From IMG/VR virus record IMGVR_UViG_3300035698_008252, positions 7,912-71,911 of that record: DNA of 64,000 bases. The stretch is one strand, 5' to 3'. Positions 10,533 through 20,905 of the stretch are shown here, in pieces. Source of the DNA: a virus. A model generated the notes under the pieces. That model saw nothing but the letters and a program-made list of their open reading frames with translations. It had not been told where the DNA came from and ran no database searches. How positions within the stretch are numbered: position 1 is the stretch's first letter; the number at the start of each line of letters is the position of its first letter. The translations under genes were made by a program, and so were the position numbers.

Positions 10533-11654
10533 TTGGGTAGAAAAAAGAAAGATGTTGTAGAGGCACTTACAGATGAAGCTATTAAAAGAGATAATTCTAA
10601 AGTAGAAACTAAAGAGGATACTAAAGTAGCTAAGGTTGTTTTAGGTAAAAAGAAACCCGTTAAACCAGACTCAGAATTAAGGTCTATTTTAAACTCACTT
10701 GAAAAAACATATGGTGAGGGAGTTATTGCTAGAGCTGATGAAATTCTAGATGCCGAAAAAGTACCTACAAAAGTATTACTACTAGATTTCCTACTTAAAG
10801 GAGGTATTCCACTATCTTCTATTAATGTATTCTATGGAGATGAGAGTTCAGGTAAAACTTTAATAGCCTTATTATTAGCGGCTGTATTTACCCAGCAAGG
10901 TAAACTAGTAGCTATAATAGACCAAGAACATAGCTACACAAATTCCTGGACTAAAAAACTAGGGGTTGATACGGATTACTTATATGTATCCGCACCAGAT
11001 GATTTTGAGAAGGGTATAGATATTACAGACACCTTAGTTAGAAGCGGTAAATTTGCTTTAGTAATATATGATAGTCTAACATCTGCATTACCTAAAGCAG
11101 TTGTAGATAGTTCTTCCTATGATAAACATATGGGTCTACAATCTAAATTAAATACTGAGTTAATGCAGAAATTAACAGCAGCCTTACAACCTGAAAATTT
11201 AAAAAATCCTGATACCTATAATAATACAATCATAATTGCTATAGGGCATCTAAGGGAGAAGATAGGTATGGTACGAGGTAATCCTGAGATTTTACCTGGA
11301 GGACACGCTGTTAGGCATCATGCACATAATATTATTAAGTTCAAAAGAAGAGAAATTATTAAAGTAAAAGAGAAACCTGTAGGTAGAGCTATTAATCTAA
11401 AGGTAGAGAAAGCTAAATTTTCAGCACCCCTAGTTTCTGGTATTACTGAATTTCAATTTGAACCACCTAAGTTTAATAACAGTAAAATACTTATGTTATA
11501 TGGAACACAGTTAGGATTAATTATAGCTACAGGTGCTTGGTATAGATACGGAGATATTTATGAGAATGGTAAAAAAGCTTTACTAGCGAAATTAAAAGAG
11601 CAACCTAAGTTACTAGCGAAATTAAAAGCTGATATTATAGCTAATATAAAATAG
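10533..11654 (+). CDS. recA: RecA/UvsX recombinase
   Basis: LDFLLKGGIP, Walker A GDESSGKT, IDQEHS, IYDS, REKIG...GNPEILPGG, GAWY. Confidence 0.95.
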   Translation: MGRKKKDVVEALTDEAIKRDNSKVETKEDTKVAKVVLGKKKPVKPDSELRSILNSLEKTYGEGVIARADEILDAEKVPTKVLLLDFLLKGGIPLSSINVFYGDESSGKTLIALLLAAVFTQQGKLVAIIDQEHSYTNSWTKKLGVDTDYLYVSAPDDFEKGIDITDTLVRSGKFALVIYDSLTSALPKAVVDSSSYDKHMGLQSKLNTELMQKLTAALQPENLKNPDTYNNTIIIAIGHLREKIGMVRGNPEILPGGHAVRHHAHNIIKFKRREIIKVKEKPVGRAINLKVEKAKFSAPLVSGITEFQFEPPKFNNSKILMLYGTQLGLIIATGAWYRYGDIYENGKKALLAKLKEQPKLLAKLKADIIANIK

Positions 11655-11664
11655 AGAGCCTACT

Positions 11665-12102
11665 ATGAAACCTAGTAACAAAGAAAGATTATTCAACTAC
11701 TACGCAGGTTACTGGATTATTAAATTAGGCTTGCATAAAAAATACGCTATTGATATTAGAAAAGATAACAGATTAGAGGTTAAGGCTGTAACTATTCAAG
11801 AGTCTTATAGACACTACACCATAGCGTTTAATACTAAGAATATGAATTATGAAAATGAGATTATACATGTTGTACTACACGAGATAGGACATCTATGCCA
11901 CTATTGGAATTCTAAAAATAGGGCATACGAAGAATATTTTGCTGAGAGTTTTGCACTAACTACAGCTAAAGAGTTCTATCCTAAGTTATTTAAGTATATG
12001 GTTAAACGAACCATAGCTTTTGTAAAAGAAGATACAGCTAATTTAATGCATGTAGATGGCTATAAACGAGCACTGAAAACATTAGGTATAGATTGGAGAT
12101 GA
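11665..12102 (+). CDS. HExxH zinc metallopeptidase (ImmA/IrrE-like)
   Basis: VLHEIGH...EEYFAESFA. Confidence 0.7.
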   Translation: MKPSNKERLFNYYAGYWIIKLGLHKKYAIDIRKDNRLEVKAVTIQESYRHYTIAFNTKNMNYENEIIHVVLHEIGHLCHYWNSKNRAYEEYFAESFALTTAKEFYPKLFKYMVKRTIAFVKEDTANLMHVDGYKRALKTLGIDWR

Positions 12103-12773
12103 GTATGAAATTTAAATTCTTAATATTCCCAACCATTATAGCAGTTGCTATCTATGGTGTCATTAATATCTGCTATAGCTTTGGTAGACAAACATCAGTA
12201 ACAGATGTTCCTTATCAAAATGTTATGGAGTCAGTAGCATCCTCGGTACACTATCGTATAGAACAGGCTAAAGGTTTTTCAACCTGTACTGGAGTAGTTA
12301 TTAAAAATAAAAGAGATATAGCGGTAATAGCTACAGCTAAGCATTGCGTTAGTCCTGACTCAAAAATATATGTAGAGAACATATTAGTATCTAAGATTAT
12401 TAAGCATCCTACTAGGGATTTAGCCTTAGTATTTCTATCTAAAGGGTTACTAAATAAAACACCTGCTAAAATACCTACACGCAAGCATCAAATATTCGAT
12501 AGAATATACCATGTAGGTTTTCCTAATAGTATAATGTATTCTCAAGGAACAACTTTAAGACAGTCATATTATCAAGATATTGGATTAATTAAAGTTATTA
12601 AAGGCTGTTCAGGTGGCGGTGTATACAATATTAAAGGAGAGCTAGTAGGTATTGCAGTAGCAAAATTAGGAGACTTTGGATTGTATGAATCTACAAGAGC
12701 TCTAATGACTTTTGTAGCCGAACAAGATTTAGAGAAAATTATAAAAGAATTAAAAACTAATACTAAAAAATAG
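12093..12773 (+). CDS. trypsin-like serine protease with N-terminal TM/signal
   Basis: Catalytic triad motifs TAKHC, RDLALV, GCSGGGV..GELVGI. Confidence 0.9.
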   Translation: MEMSMKFKFLIFPTIIAVAIYGVINICYSFGRQTSVTDVPYQNVMESVASSVHYRIEQAKGFSTCTGVVIKNKRDIAVIATAKHCVSPDSKIYVENILVSKIIKHPTRDLALVFLSKGLLNKTPAKIPTRKHQIFDRIYHVGFPNSIMYSQGTTLRQSYYQDIGLIKVIKGCSGGGVYNIKGELVGIAVAKLGDFGLYESTRALMTFVAEQDLEKIIKELKTNTKK

Positions 12774-12790
12774 TTACCTAGGAGTAAACA

Positions 12791-13027
12791 ATGGAGAAGC
12801 AAGAAAACAAACCTGAAGAAGTAGTACCAGTGCTAACACTAGCACAAAAGATAGCTAAACTAGCAGTGTTAAAATGCTCAGTTTTTGATAGCATGACTGA
12901 AGAAGCAGATTTAACTAGAACTTTAAATGCTCTACAGAAAACTAAAATGGAAAATATTAATACTATTAATAAACTTAATGCTGAGGTAAAAGCAGAATCA
13001 GAAGTAGTGGATATTAATGGTGCATAG
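12791..13027 (+). CDS. hypothetical coiled-coil protein
   Basis: 78-aa ORF with AGGAG RBS. Confidence 0.55.
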   Translation: MEKQENKPEEVVPVLTLAQKIAKLAVLKCSVFDSMTEEADLTRTLNALQKTKMENINTINKLNAEVKAESEVVDINGA

Positions 13028-13057
13028 TTGACACAGCAGGTGTTTATGTGTTATATT
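13028..13057 (+). promoter_or_regulatory. sigma70-type promoter of the TTGACACAGCA family
   Basis: TTGACA-cagcaggtgtttatgtgt-TATATT, 18-bp spacer. Confidence 0.75.
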
Positions 13058-13075
13058 TAAAATAGAGAGGTACTG

Positions 13076-13570
13076 ATGAAACGTATAATTATACTAACAG
13101 TTTCTTGCATACTTTTATGCGGCTGTACAGCACTTAATCCTTTAAATATATTCTCAGGGGTTAGGAAGTCAACACCTACTAAAGTACGAGAAACTAAAAA
13201 GAGTTCTGAGTACATTGATTACTCTAATAGAGTCTCTGGTGAGAAGTTAAAGATTAAGAGAACTAACTTAGAAAAATCAAATCAGAATACTAAACTCCAG
13301 GAGAGAGTAGGTTCTTGGATAGCTAAAAGAAGTATTGGATTTCTAGCTATACTATTCTTGATTAATTGGTTTATTCCTGGGTTTGCTGGTTGGGTTATCG
13401 GATTCTTTTTAAATGTAACTCGAAAAGGTTTACGGGAAACGGTTAATGCTTTAAAGAAATATAGAAGTACAGTTAGCACAGATAAGAAAGAAGAACTAGA
13501 TAATTTTTTAAAAGCAGAACAGAGTAAAGAGACTAAAATAGAAATCGCAAGTATGCGATTAAAGGATTAG
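13076..13570 (+). CDS. lipoprotein with internal TM segment
   Basis: Lipobox LLCG-C at residue 17; hydrophobic IGFLAILFLINWFIPGFAGWVIGFFL. Confidence 0.65.
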   Translation: MKRIIILTVSCILLCGCTALNPLNIFSGVRKSTPTKVRETKKSSEYIDYSNRVSGEKLKIKRTNLEKSNQNTKLQERVGSWIAKRSIGFLAILFLINWFIPGFAGWVIGFFLNVTRKGLRETVNALKKYRSTVSTDKKEELDNFLKAEQSKETKIEIASMRLKD

Positions 13571-13577
13571 GAAAATC

Positions 13578-14216
13578 ATGGGATTAAATCCAAATAAACA
13601 AATAGCTTATAGTGGTGGTGTAGATTTACCTATACTGTATGTATACCTAGCAGGGAGAATTGCAGGTAATTGTATTTATAAATGCTTAGCTTGGAGACAA
13701 ACCATTATTAAGTATTATGCGGATTATAAAGGTACAGGGGCATACCCTATAGCATTTTTAGATGCCCTAAACTCTAAAGAATCAGATAGTATTGATGCTC
13801 AGGGTTTAACAAGCAGTATTCCTCCAAATTTAATATACCAAAAAGATTTACTTAGTGTAAGACGAGCAGATGTTTTAGTATGTTATATGGAAGATTTTAT
13901 GGAAGAGGGTATTGAAGGATTGCTTGAAGAAAACATTGCTTTTGCTGAGACTGAAGAATTAGAAGACGCATATAATAAATTAGTCAAAGCTATTAAAAAT
14001 CGTAGACCTAACTATGGAACAAACTCTGAGATGGCTTGGGGTTTAATTCTAGATAAACCTGTAATTCTAATTGCAGGAACTGAGAAGAGAAAAAAAATGT
14101 TGCAGCTTCATCCGTTTACCAAACAAGCTTCTGTTATAGTTGCTAATGTAGAAGAGCTTTTAGAAGGTAAATATTTAAATTTGTTATATAAATCTATTGC
14201 GAGTTCGGTATATTAG
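13578..14216 (+). CDS. nucleoside 2-deoxyribosyltransferase / Rcl-like N-glycosidase 1
   Basis: VYLAG, DLLSVRRADVLV, GTNSEMAWG..LDKPVI with catalytic Glu. Confidence 0.8.
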   Translation: MGLNPNKQIAYSGGVDLPILYVYLAGRIAGNCIYKCLAWRQTIIKYYADYKGTGAYPIAFLDALNSKESDSIDAQGLTSSIPPNLIYQKDLLSVRRADVLVCYMEDFMEEGIEGLLEENIAFAETEELEDAYNKLVKAIKNRRPNYGTNSEMAWGLILDKPVILIAGTEKRKKMLQLHPFTKQASVIVANVEELLEGKYLNLLYKSIASSVY

Positions 14217-14236
14217 TAGATTTGTGAGGAGGACAT

Positions 14237-14839
14237 ATGGACTTTGATAAACCTATAACTATTGAGAACTGCTTATATAAAAGCTATGAGATAGGTAGTA
14301 TGGAAGACCCAGCAAAGAAGGATAATGGTACAGGTTGGAGACAGACATTAACACCCGAGCTAGACAAGAGGGGTATATATGTATTCGACCCTACCAGAGA
14401 AGAGATTAAAAAGGTAGGTATGCCTACAGCAGAATTCATGGAGAAACTTGTAGGCTGGCAGAAGAGCGGTCATTGGACTCATTTCGTTGATGCTATGCGT
14501 AAGATATGGCGAGGAGTAGACTATACAGAAACTAACGAAGATACAGGAACTACACAGGCAGTACATATTTACGGAGATGTTAGCTATGTAGAGAATAGTG
14601 ATTTTCTAATCTGGAATTTAGATGATGGAGATAAGCCTGGAGGAACTCTAATCGAGCTAGCAATAGCTTGGTACAGAGGTATTCCTGTATATCTAATTAC
14701 ACAAGTTCCTAAGACTCAAATAAATAAGAGTATTCTATACTTTGTTCTAGATAGTGGTAATGGTAAGGGTGAGATTTTCCCTACTCAATCTAAGCTTTTA
14801 GAATTTTTAGATGTTACATATAAATTAGAGGTTAAATAA
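14237..14839 (+). CDS. nucleoside 2-deoxyribosyltransferase / Rcl-like N-glycosidase 2
   Basis: YEIGSM..GWRQ..VFDP, DVSYVENSDFLI, GGTLIELAIAWYRGIPVY. Confidence 0.8.
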   Translation: MDFDKPITIENCLYKSYEIGSMEDPAKKDNGTGWRQTLTPELDKRGIYVFDPTREEIKKVGMPTAEFMEKLVGWQKSGHWTHFVDAMRKIWRGVDYTETNEDTGTTQAVHIYGDVSYVENSDFLIWNLDDGDKPGGTLIELAIAWYRGIPVYLITQVPKTQINKSILYFVLDSGNGKGEIFPTQSKLLEFLDVTYKLEVK

Positions 14840-15022
14840 TTATGGATAAAAATATAGAAAATAAAAAACAAAAACCTTTAGAAGGTATTACAGGTAGTAC
14901 AGGTAAAAGATGTACAACCATAGATGAAGTAGTATATGGTCAGTATGTATTAGTAGCAAAAGATTCTACAGGACAGAAAATATCTTTTGGCGTAGACAAC
15001 CCAGGTAAATAAAGGATAACTA

Positions 15023-15301
15023 ATGGCTAAGAAAAGCGAACACCATGACTGTGATTTTTGCGGTTCTCCTATACACAAGCAAAGACATATACTCCTAATA
15101 CTTACTGAGAAGGATTTAGAGCAAGTAAAATATGGAAGAGCTGTTAGTAGTGCCGAGAAAGAGATTTGTGATTCTTGTAAGAATATTATCGAGGAATTAT
15201 TTATACTTAGAAAAGAACATTTAAAAGATATACTAGCAATGATTAAAGATACATATGACTTATCATCAAAAAAATCTAAGAATAAAAAGAAGAAGAAATA
15301 A
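15023..15301 (+). CDS. Zn-binding hypothetical protein
   Basis: CDFCG...EICDSC. Confidence 0.6.
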   Translation: MAKKSEHHDCDFCGSPIHKQRHILLILTEKDLEQVKYGRAVSSAEKEICDSCKNIIEELFILRKEHLKDILAMIKDTYDLSSKKSKNKKKKK

Positions 15302-15313
15302 CTGGAGGTAGTA

Positions 15314-15763
15314 ATGGGTAATACTAGTAAGAATACTAACCCTAAGGATGCTGTAGGAACAGCTAAAGTACCTATATCGGTTCTACCTATGCCAGTACTA
15401 GGCGAGGTAGGCTTAGCTTTATTAGAAGGTGCAAGGAAATATGGTAGACATAATTGGAGAGTTGCAGGGGTTAGAGCTAGCGTTTATATGGATGCGGTTA
15501 TGATACGTCATTTAGCTCCTTGGTGGGAAGGTGAAGATTTAGATGTAGATTCTGGTTTAAGTCATATTACAAAAGCTATAGCGGGTTTAATGGTTATTAG
15601 AGATAGTATGATACAAGGTAATTGGGTTGATGATAGACCGCCTAAATCACCTGCTGGATGGAAAGACGCAATGAATAAAAAAGCTGCGGCTATAGTTGCA
15701 AAATATCCTGATGCATTAGCTCCTTATACGGAGTTAGATTCTAAGGATAATACCGAGACATAA
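15314..15763 (+). CDS. dATP/dGTP diphosphohydrolase-like protein (DUF5664 family)
   Basis: NPKDAVG.AK.P...LP, GARKYGRHNWR, Y.DA..RHL..WWEGEDLD.DSGLSH. Confidence 0.85.
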   Translation: MGNTSKNTNPKDAVGTAKVPISVLPMPVLGEVGLALLEGARKYGRHNWRVAGVRASVYMDAVMIRHLAPWWEGEDLDVDSGLSHITKAIAGLMVIRDSMIQGNWVDDRPPKSPAGWKDAMNKKAAAIVAKYPDALAPYTELDSKDNTET

Positions 15764-15769
15764 TGAGCT
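15751..15769 (+). repeat. 19-bp dispersed direct repeat, copy 2
   Basis: TACCGAGACATAATGAGCT overlapping the stop of 15314-15763. Confidence 0.9.
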
Positions 15770-15786
15770 AGTTAAGGAGTTTCAGT

Positions 15787-16080
15787 ATGAAGGAATTACC
15801 AAAATACTTAGGTTCAAAGTCAACAAAAAAGATTGCTAACGAGAGAGAAGATACAGTTTATAAACATCTTGTTAGTGGTGCTCTTGATTGGAAAGGTGAT
15901 TTCAGCGAAGCTAATACTCTGTTCGAGCATAAAGGCACTGAGAAGAAATCTTTATCTATCACAAAAAAAATGTGTGATAAATTAATAGAGCAATCTTTAG
16001 AGATGGGTAAAATAAATTCAGTTATAATAGTTGACCTACCAGATTATTATATTATCGGTAGAGTAATAAAGAAAGGATAA
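15787..16080 (+). CDS. PD-(D/E)xK Holliday-junction resolvase-like nuclease
   Basis: SGALDWKGD....LFEHKGT.KKS.SI pattern of small phage resolvases. Confidence 0.65.
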   Translation: MKELPKYLGSKSTKKIANEREDTVYKHLVSGALDWKGDFSEANTLFEHKGTEKKSLSITKKMCDKLIEQSLEMGKINSVIIVDLPDYYIIGRVIKKG

Positions 16081-16316
16081 ATAATGAACTTTGGTATTCC
16101 AGCACCTAATAGACAAAAGAATTCAGGGGATTTCAGATTAGAGTATACTGTAGATAGAGGTAATTATACGCAGTACAAAGATACGTTAGAGGATATAACA
16201 GAGTATGCATTTAAATTACTAGAGACTAATCAAGGAATACCTGTAGAGATATATAATCAAAGTGAATCTGTGTTAAATCAAGATGAAATTCTAACCCTAT
16301 ACTATGCGAGATAATA

Positions 16317-17270
16317 ATGGATAAGCTTAAACCAATACATGATTTAGTTATAGGAGACCCGCACTATAATCAGAATAGAAAGAAAGCTATCAAGACAGCC
16401 GAGTTAAGCTTATTTAAATTCATAAAAGATTATAAGGCAGAACATAAGGTAGGTTTCAAATCTATAACTATCACTGGAGATTTATTTGATAAGACCCCTA
16501 CTGTAGAGGAGCGTGTTATGTTCGCTAGATTTGTAGCTAATCTAAGACATGCGAGTAAAAGTATTATTTTTATTAAGGGTACAGATTCTCATGAGTTCAC
16601 AAAATCAATTTACAATTATGAGGATATGTTACTACTTACTGATATTAAGGCTTACCAAGAAAATGAATTCACTAAGAGAAAAATTAGATTCGGTCATTAT
16701 GAGCATAAGGGAAAAAAGAAATTCTCTAATGGTTACACATCTGAGGAAGGTGTAGAGCTTGAACCTGGCTGGACTTATGCACTAGGGCATATACATTTAC
16801 CACAAGAAATAAAAACAAAACAAAATAAAATTATATACATAGGTTCTTTATATAGGACTAGTTTTGCTGAGAGAGAAGAGAATAAGAGAGTAGCTACTAT
16901 AAGTACTAAGGGTAGTTTTACTTTCTATCCTCTAGAGTCTAGACCTATGTACGAGATAGAATTAAGAGGTAAAGAAGGTAAGTTAGGATGTAAACAAAAA
17001 GAATTACTTGCAAGTTTAGAGGAAGGTTCTGAAATAGATTTAAAAATTGTAGCTTCTTCTGATAGTCAGACAATAACAAAACTTCACAAAGCTATTCATA
17101 AAATAAAATCTAAGTTTAAAATTGAGTATTATAAACAAGAGATTTCTACAGAAGATATTAAAGTAGATATACCAGATAATCTAGACCAAGAAGCTTTAGG
17201 TAAGCATTACTGTGAAAAGAAAAAAATAAAGTATAACCTAGTGGATGTGGAGTTAAAAAATAATGGGTAA
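16317..17270 (+). CDS. sbcD: SbcD/Mre11-like nuclease
   Basis: IGDPH, TGDLFD, ALGHIH, YIGS; near SbcC. Confidence 0.85.
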   Translation: MDKLKPIHDLVIGDPHYNQNRKKAIKTAELSLFKFIKDYKAEHKVGFKSITITGDLFDKTPTVEERVMFARFVANLRHASKSIIFIKGTDSHEFTKSIYNYEDMLLLTDIKAYQENEFTKRKIRFGHYEHKGKKKFSNGYTSEEGVELEPGWTYALGHIHLPQEIKTKQNKIIYIGSLYRTSFAEREENKRVATISTKGSFTFYPLESRPMYEIELRGKEGKLGCKQKELLASLEEGSEIDLKIVASSDSQTITKLHKAIHKIKSKFKIEYYKQEISTEDIKVDIPDNLDQEALGKHYCEKKKIKYNLVDVELKNNG

Positions 17271-17877
17271 GAAAAAAATACTACAAGATGTTACTGAACT
17301 ATACAGGAGTTACGATATAGAGCAGGTTGAGATAGCTACAGGTAAAACTGTTAAGCTTAAGAATACTACAGTTATAGGTATAGATGTTGCTAAGGCTATT
17401 ACTGGTATATGTATATTAAAGACAACCGATACTAAACTTAATATAGTATATTTAGATACAATTAAAGTAGCTCATAAAGGTAAGGCTGTACATGCTTGTC
17501 TCGACGAGTTTGTAGTAGCATTTAAAGATTTTAAAAAGAGGTTACCTGTAGAATATAAAAAGCTAGACTTAATGATTATAGAAGACTGTCATATGAGGGC
17601 GGGAAAACAGGCTAATGTCTGGGTAGTTAAAATACTATCAAAGTATGAAGTACTGTTCTATATAGGTTTTAGGAAATATGTAAAAGATATACCAGACCCT
17701 ATACAGGCTAGAAGTGCTAGGTCTAGGGTAGGTTTTAAAAAAGATACTCAGTCTAAAGTACCTGTTAAGAAACAGGTAAACTCATGGATATATAATACTT
17801 TCGACATAGATATACAGGACTTAGACCATTCAGACGCTTTTATATTAGCGTTATCTGGATTAATGGAAGTGAAATAA
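17263..17877 (+). CDS. RuvC-like resolvase
   Basis: IGIDVAKAITGICIL, IIED, DHSDAFILA. Confidence 0.7.
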   Translation: MGKKKILQDVTELYRSYDIEQVEIATGKTVKLKNTTVIGIDVAKAITGICILKTTDTKLNIVYLDTIKVAHKGKAVHACLDEFVVAFKDFKKRLPVEYKKLDLMIIEDCHMRAGKQANVWVVKILSKYEVLFYIGFRKYVKDIPDPIQARSARSRVGFKKDTQSKVPVKKQVNSWIYNTFDIDIQDLDHSDAFILALSGLMEVK

Positions 17878-17878
17878 T

Positions 17879-19324
17879 ATGAAAAAAATAATTCTTAAAA
17901 TGTTTGGTATCCATAAAAACCTAGAAGTAAATCTAGAGCCTGGAATAAATATAATTAAGGGCGAGAATAGGACAGGTAAAACATGGATTCTAGAATCTCC
18001 CTGCTTTGCTTACTTCGGGAAGACTAAGAGTTCTAAAATATCTAAGATAGTTAACTATGACGCTGAAAAAGCCTCTGTAGAAATTATAGATGATGATATG
18101 ACTGTTAAGAGAAGTCGTTCAAGAGACTTAGCTAAGTTAGAGAAACCTACAAAGACAATACTAGAAGATAAATTAAATTTATCCTATCAGGAATTCTTAC
18201 GATTATTTTATATATCAGCCCAAGAATCTTTTGCATTATTTGAACCCGCTTATTTTCGTACATTCCTAATAAAACTTTTTGATTTAGAAAAATATTCTAA
18301 GATATATAAAAAATTACAAATGCAGAAACAAGGGCTAGAAGCTCAGGTAGCTGAAGGTAAGAAAGTTAATACAAAGTTATACGAGAAGAGAGCTCAGAGA
18401 GTTATAGGTATACAGAAACACTGGAAAGATATTCTTATAAAGATGGATGCTGCATTAGATAAATATGATAAAGCATTAAAAGAACTTAATAATAGTAAAT
18501 GGAAAGCTACATCTGGTGTATCTCAATTAAAATCTAGAGCAGGTTTAATAGCTAAAGATAAATGCCCTACATGCGAGAGACCTTTTAAACAGGCAGATAG
18601 TCAAAAAGAATTAGCGGAAATTAAAAAGCAATACGCTGAGATACAAACTAAAGTAGATGCTATAACTGTTAAGGAGTTAGAGTTCAATAAAGGCAAGACT
18701 AAACTAAAAAGCAAGCAGGATAAAGTAAGGACTAAGATATATAAATGTAACTCTGTATATGCTACTATAAAGGAGAGGGGTAAGGAGATACCAGCTACAG
18801 GTAATCTAAAGAGAATAGCCGAATTAGACCATGTATTACCTTTCTTTAACCCTAATGGCTTCCCTGCTCATCTATTGCAGATATATCTACCCGTTATCCA
18901 GGAAACAGCAAACAGTCTACTTAGACGCATGTTCCCAGATATGGAACTTGAGATAAGAGCAACTAAACCCGATAGTAATAAGCCTGACTTTAAAATATTT
19001 ATTATTAGATATGGTGAAGAGGTTGAAGAGCTGGCTGACTGTAGTGGTGCTGAGACTATAATTATTAATCTATGCTTACGCTTGGGTATTATGGTTATAT
19101 TTAAACAGCTCAACAATACATCTATAGATTTCTTAATGATAGATGAAGGACTTGATAAGCTTGACGAGAAAAATGTTTTAAGGATTATTGATTTATTAAA
19201 TAAGTTTATGGATATGGGTTATATAAAGCAGGTAATACTTGTATCGCATATGCCTATTTTAAAAGAATTAGAAGGTGTAAACTACATAGAAATTTTACCT
19301 GAAGGAGGCACTGATGAAAGCTAA
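17879..19324 (+). CDS. sbcC: SbcC/Rad50-like ATPase
   Basis: Walker A GENRTGKT, Zn hook CPTC, signature CSGAE, Walker B LMIDEG, VSH. Confidence 0.92.
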   Translation: MKKIILKMFGIHKNLEVNLEPGINIIKGENRTGKTWILESPCFAYFGKTKSSKISKIVNYDAEKASVEIIDDDMTVKRSRSRDLAKLEKPTKTILEDKLNLSYQEFLRLFYISAQESFALFEPAYFRTFLIKLFDLEKYSKIYKKLQMQKQGLEAQVAEGKKVNTKLYEKRAQRVIGIQKHWKDILIKMDAALDKYDKALKELNNSKWKATSGVSQLKSRAGLIAKDKCPTCERPFKQADSQKELAEIKKQYAEIQTKVDAITVKELEFNKGKTKLKSKQDKVRTKIYKCNSVYATIKERGKEIPATGNLKRIAELDHVLPFFNPNGFPAHLLQIYLPVIQETANSLLRRMFPDMELEIRATKPDSNKPDFKIFIIRYGEEVEELADCSGAETIIINLCLRLGIMVIFKQLNNTSIDFLMIDEGLDKLDEKNVLRIIDLLNKFMDMGYIKQVILVSHMPILKELEGVNYIEILPEGGTDES

Positions 19325-20465
19325 TATGAATAGAGGAGGAAAATCTGTATGGGTAGGTTATCTTGCACCTGTAGGTTCGAGAGATGAGAGCGATTCTGTT
19401 AAAGGTGTATCGCATTTCTTAGAGCACATGATGTTTAAAGGCACGAAGAATAGAGATAATAATGAACTTAAAAGAGAACTAGAGCAATATGGTGCTAGGC
19501 TCAATGCATATACATCTGAGGAGCAGACAGTTTACTATGCCGAGATTTCAAGTAAGTATGTAGATAAAGCTAAAGATGTCTTACAAGACATGGTACATAA
19601 TTCTATAATACCTGAAGAGGAAGTAGATAGAGAACGTAAGGTTATTATCCAGGAATATAAAATGTACGAAGATAATCCTTCAAGTCTTATTTATGACTTA
19701 GCTCACAAGGCTATCTTTAAGGAAGACTCAGGATTGTATCTACCCATTGTAGGAACGGAAGAAACCATTAAAAGTATATCTAGGGAAGATTTGCTAACTC
19801 ACTATAAAAAGAATTATAGCGTAACCCCTGAGATTATTGTAGGTGATACAGAGACTATCTGCGATAACAATAAACTATCCTGTAGATTTACAAGAGAAAG
19901 TTTTCAAACAGATAAATCAGATGTAGTTAAAAAGAAAGCTGGAATATCTCAAGCTACAATGATTCTTACAGGAGGTTTTTACTTAGGTAACAGTGTTGTA
20001 GATGGATTTGCAATTAAACTATTATCAGGTGTTATGAATGGATTCTCAGGTAGACTATTTCAGACTATTAGAGAGAAACATAATTTAGTGTATACAACTT
20101 ATTTCTATGTTGAGAGATTTAGTTGTGGTACTTGTCAATGGCATATATTTGCTAAGTTAGATGCAGATAAAATAGACTTAGCAAAGAAATTAATGTTAGA
20201 GGAATTGAATAAACCAATTACTCAAGAGGAACTATCATTCGCTAAGAATAAGGTTTTAGGCAGCATGGAGTTATCCTTAGATGATAGAGACTATATAGGT
20301 AATATTATTGCAGGTTCTATAGTAACAGGACAAAATAATTATAATGAGTATATTAATAATTATGCGGCTAATCTAGATAGAGCTGAACATAATTTCTCTA
20401 AGGTACTAGCAAAAATTAATGTAAATAAAAATAGATTAGTATCTATTATACCAGAAACAAATTAA
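19314..20465 (+). CDS. M16 (insulinase/pitrilysin) family Zn peptidase
   Basis: GSRDE...GVSHFLEHMMFKGT, NAYTS, RLFQTIREKHNLVY. Confidence 0.93.
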   Translation: MKANMNRGGKSVWVGYLAPVGSRDESDSVKGVSHFLEHMMFKGTKNRDNNELKRELEQYGARLNAYTSEEQTVYYAEISSKYVDKAKDVLQDMVHNSIIPEEEVDRERKVIIQEYKMYEDNPSSLIYDLAHKAIFKEDSGLYLPIVGTEETIKSISREDLLTHYKKNYSVTPEIIVGDTETICDNNKLSCRFTRESFQTDKSDVVKKKAGISQATMILTGGFYLGNSVVDGFAIKLLSGVMNGFSGRLFQTIREKHNLVYTTYFYVERFSCGTCQWHIFAKLDADKIDLAKKLMLEELNKPITQEELSFAKNKVLGSMELSLDDRDYIGNIIAGSIVTGQNNYNEYINNYAANLDRAEHNFSKVLAKINVNKNRLVSIIPETN

Positions 20466-20482
20466 ATAGGAGGTTACTACGA

Positions 20483-20905
20483 ATGGGTATTCAAATTAAC
20501 TCAGTTACTATAGGCGGTAACTTAACAAAAGATATTGAACTAAGAGCTACACCAGGCGGTACATCTGTATGTGAGTTTGCAGTAGCAAATAACAATACCT
20601 ATGTATCTAACGGTGAAAAGAAGTCAGAAGTATCTTTTATTAATGTAGTTGTATGGGGTAAGATTGCTGAGAATTGTGCTAAGTTTCTAAGCAAAGGTAA
20701 AGGTGTTATAGTTGAAGGTAGAATAAAACAGCAAACATGGAAAACAGATGATGATAAGAATAGAAGTGCGATTAAAATAATTGCTACTAAAGTCCACTTC
20801 ACATCACCTCAAGACAAAGACAATATATCTAATGATAATAAAAATGATATGAAGGATTCCTCAGGTACGACATTGAATCCAGAGGATATAGCTTGGGATG
20901 ATTAA
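20483..20905 (+). CDS. ssb: single-stranded DNA-binding protein
   Basis: INSVTIGGNLTKDIELRATPGG..VVWGKIAE...KGKGVIVEGRI; acidic tail. Confidence 0.95.
   Translation: MGIQINSVTIGGNLTKDIELRATPGGTSVCEFAVANNNTYVSNGEKKSEVSFINVVVWGKIAENCAKFLSKGKGVIVEGRIKQQTWKTDDDKNRSAIKIIATKVHFTSPQDKDNISNDNKNDMKDSSGTTLNPEDIAWDD

Noticed and set aside
15314-15763. Z-base (2-aminoadenine) genome
   Set aside because: The diphosphohydrolase family also occurs without Z synthesis, and no purZ is visible in the window; it cannot be claimed.
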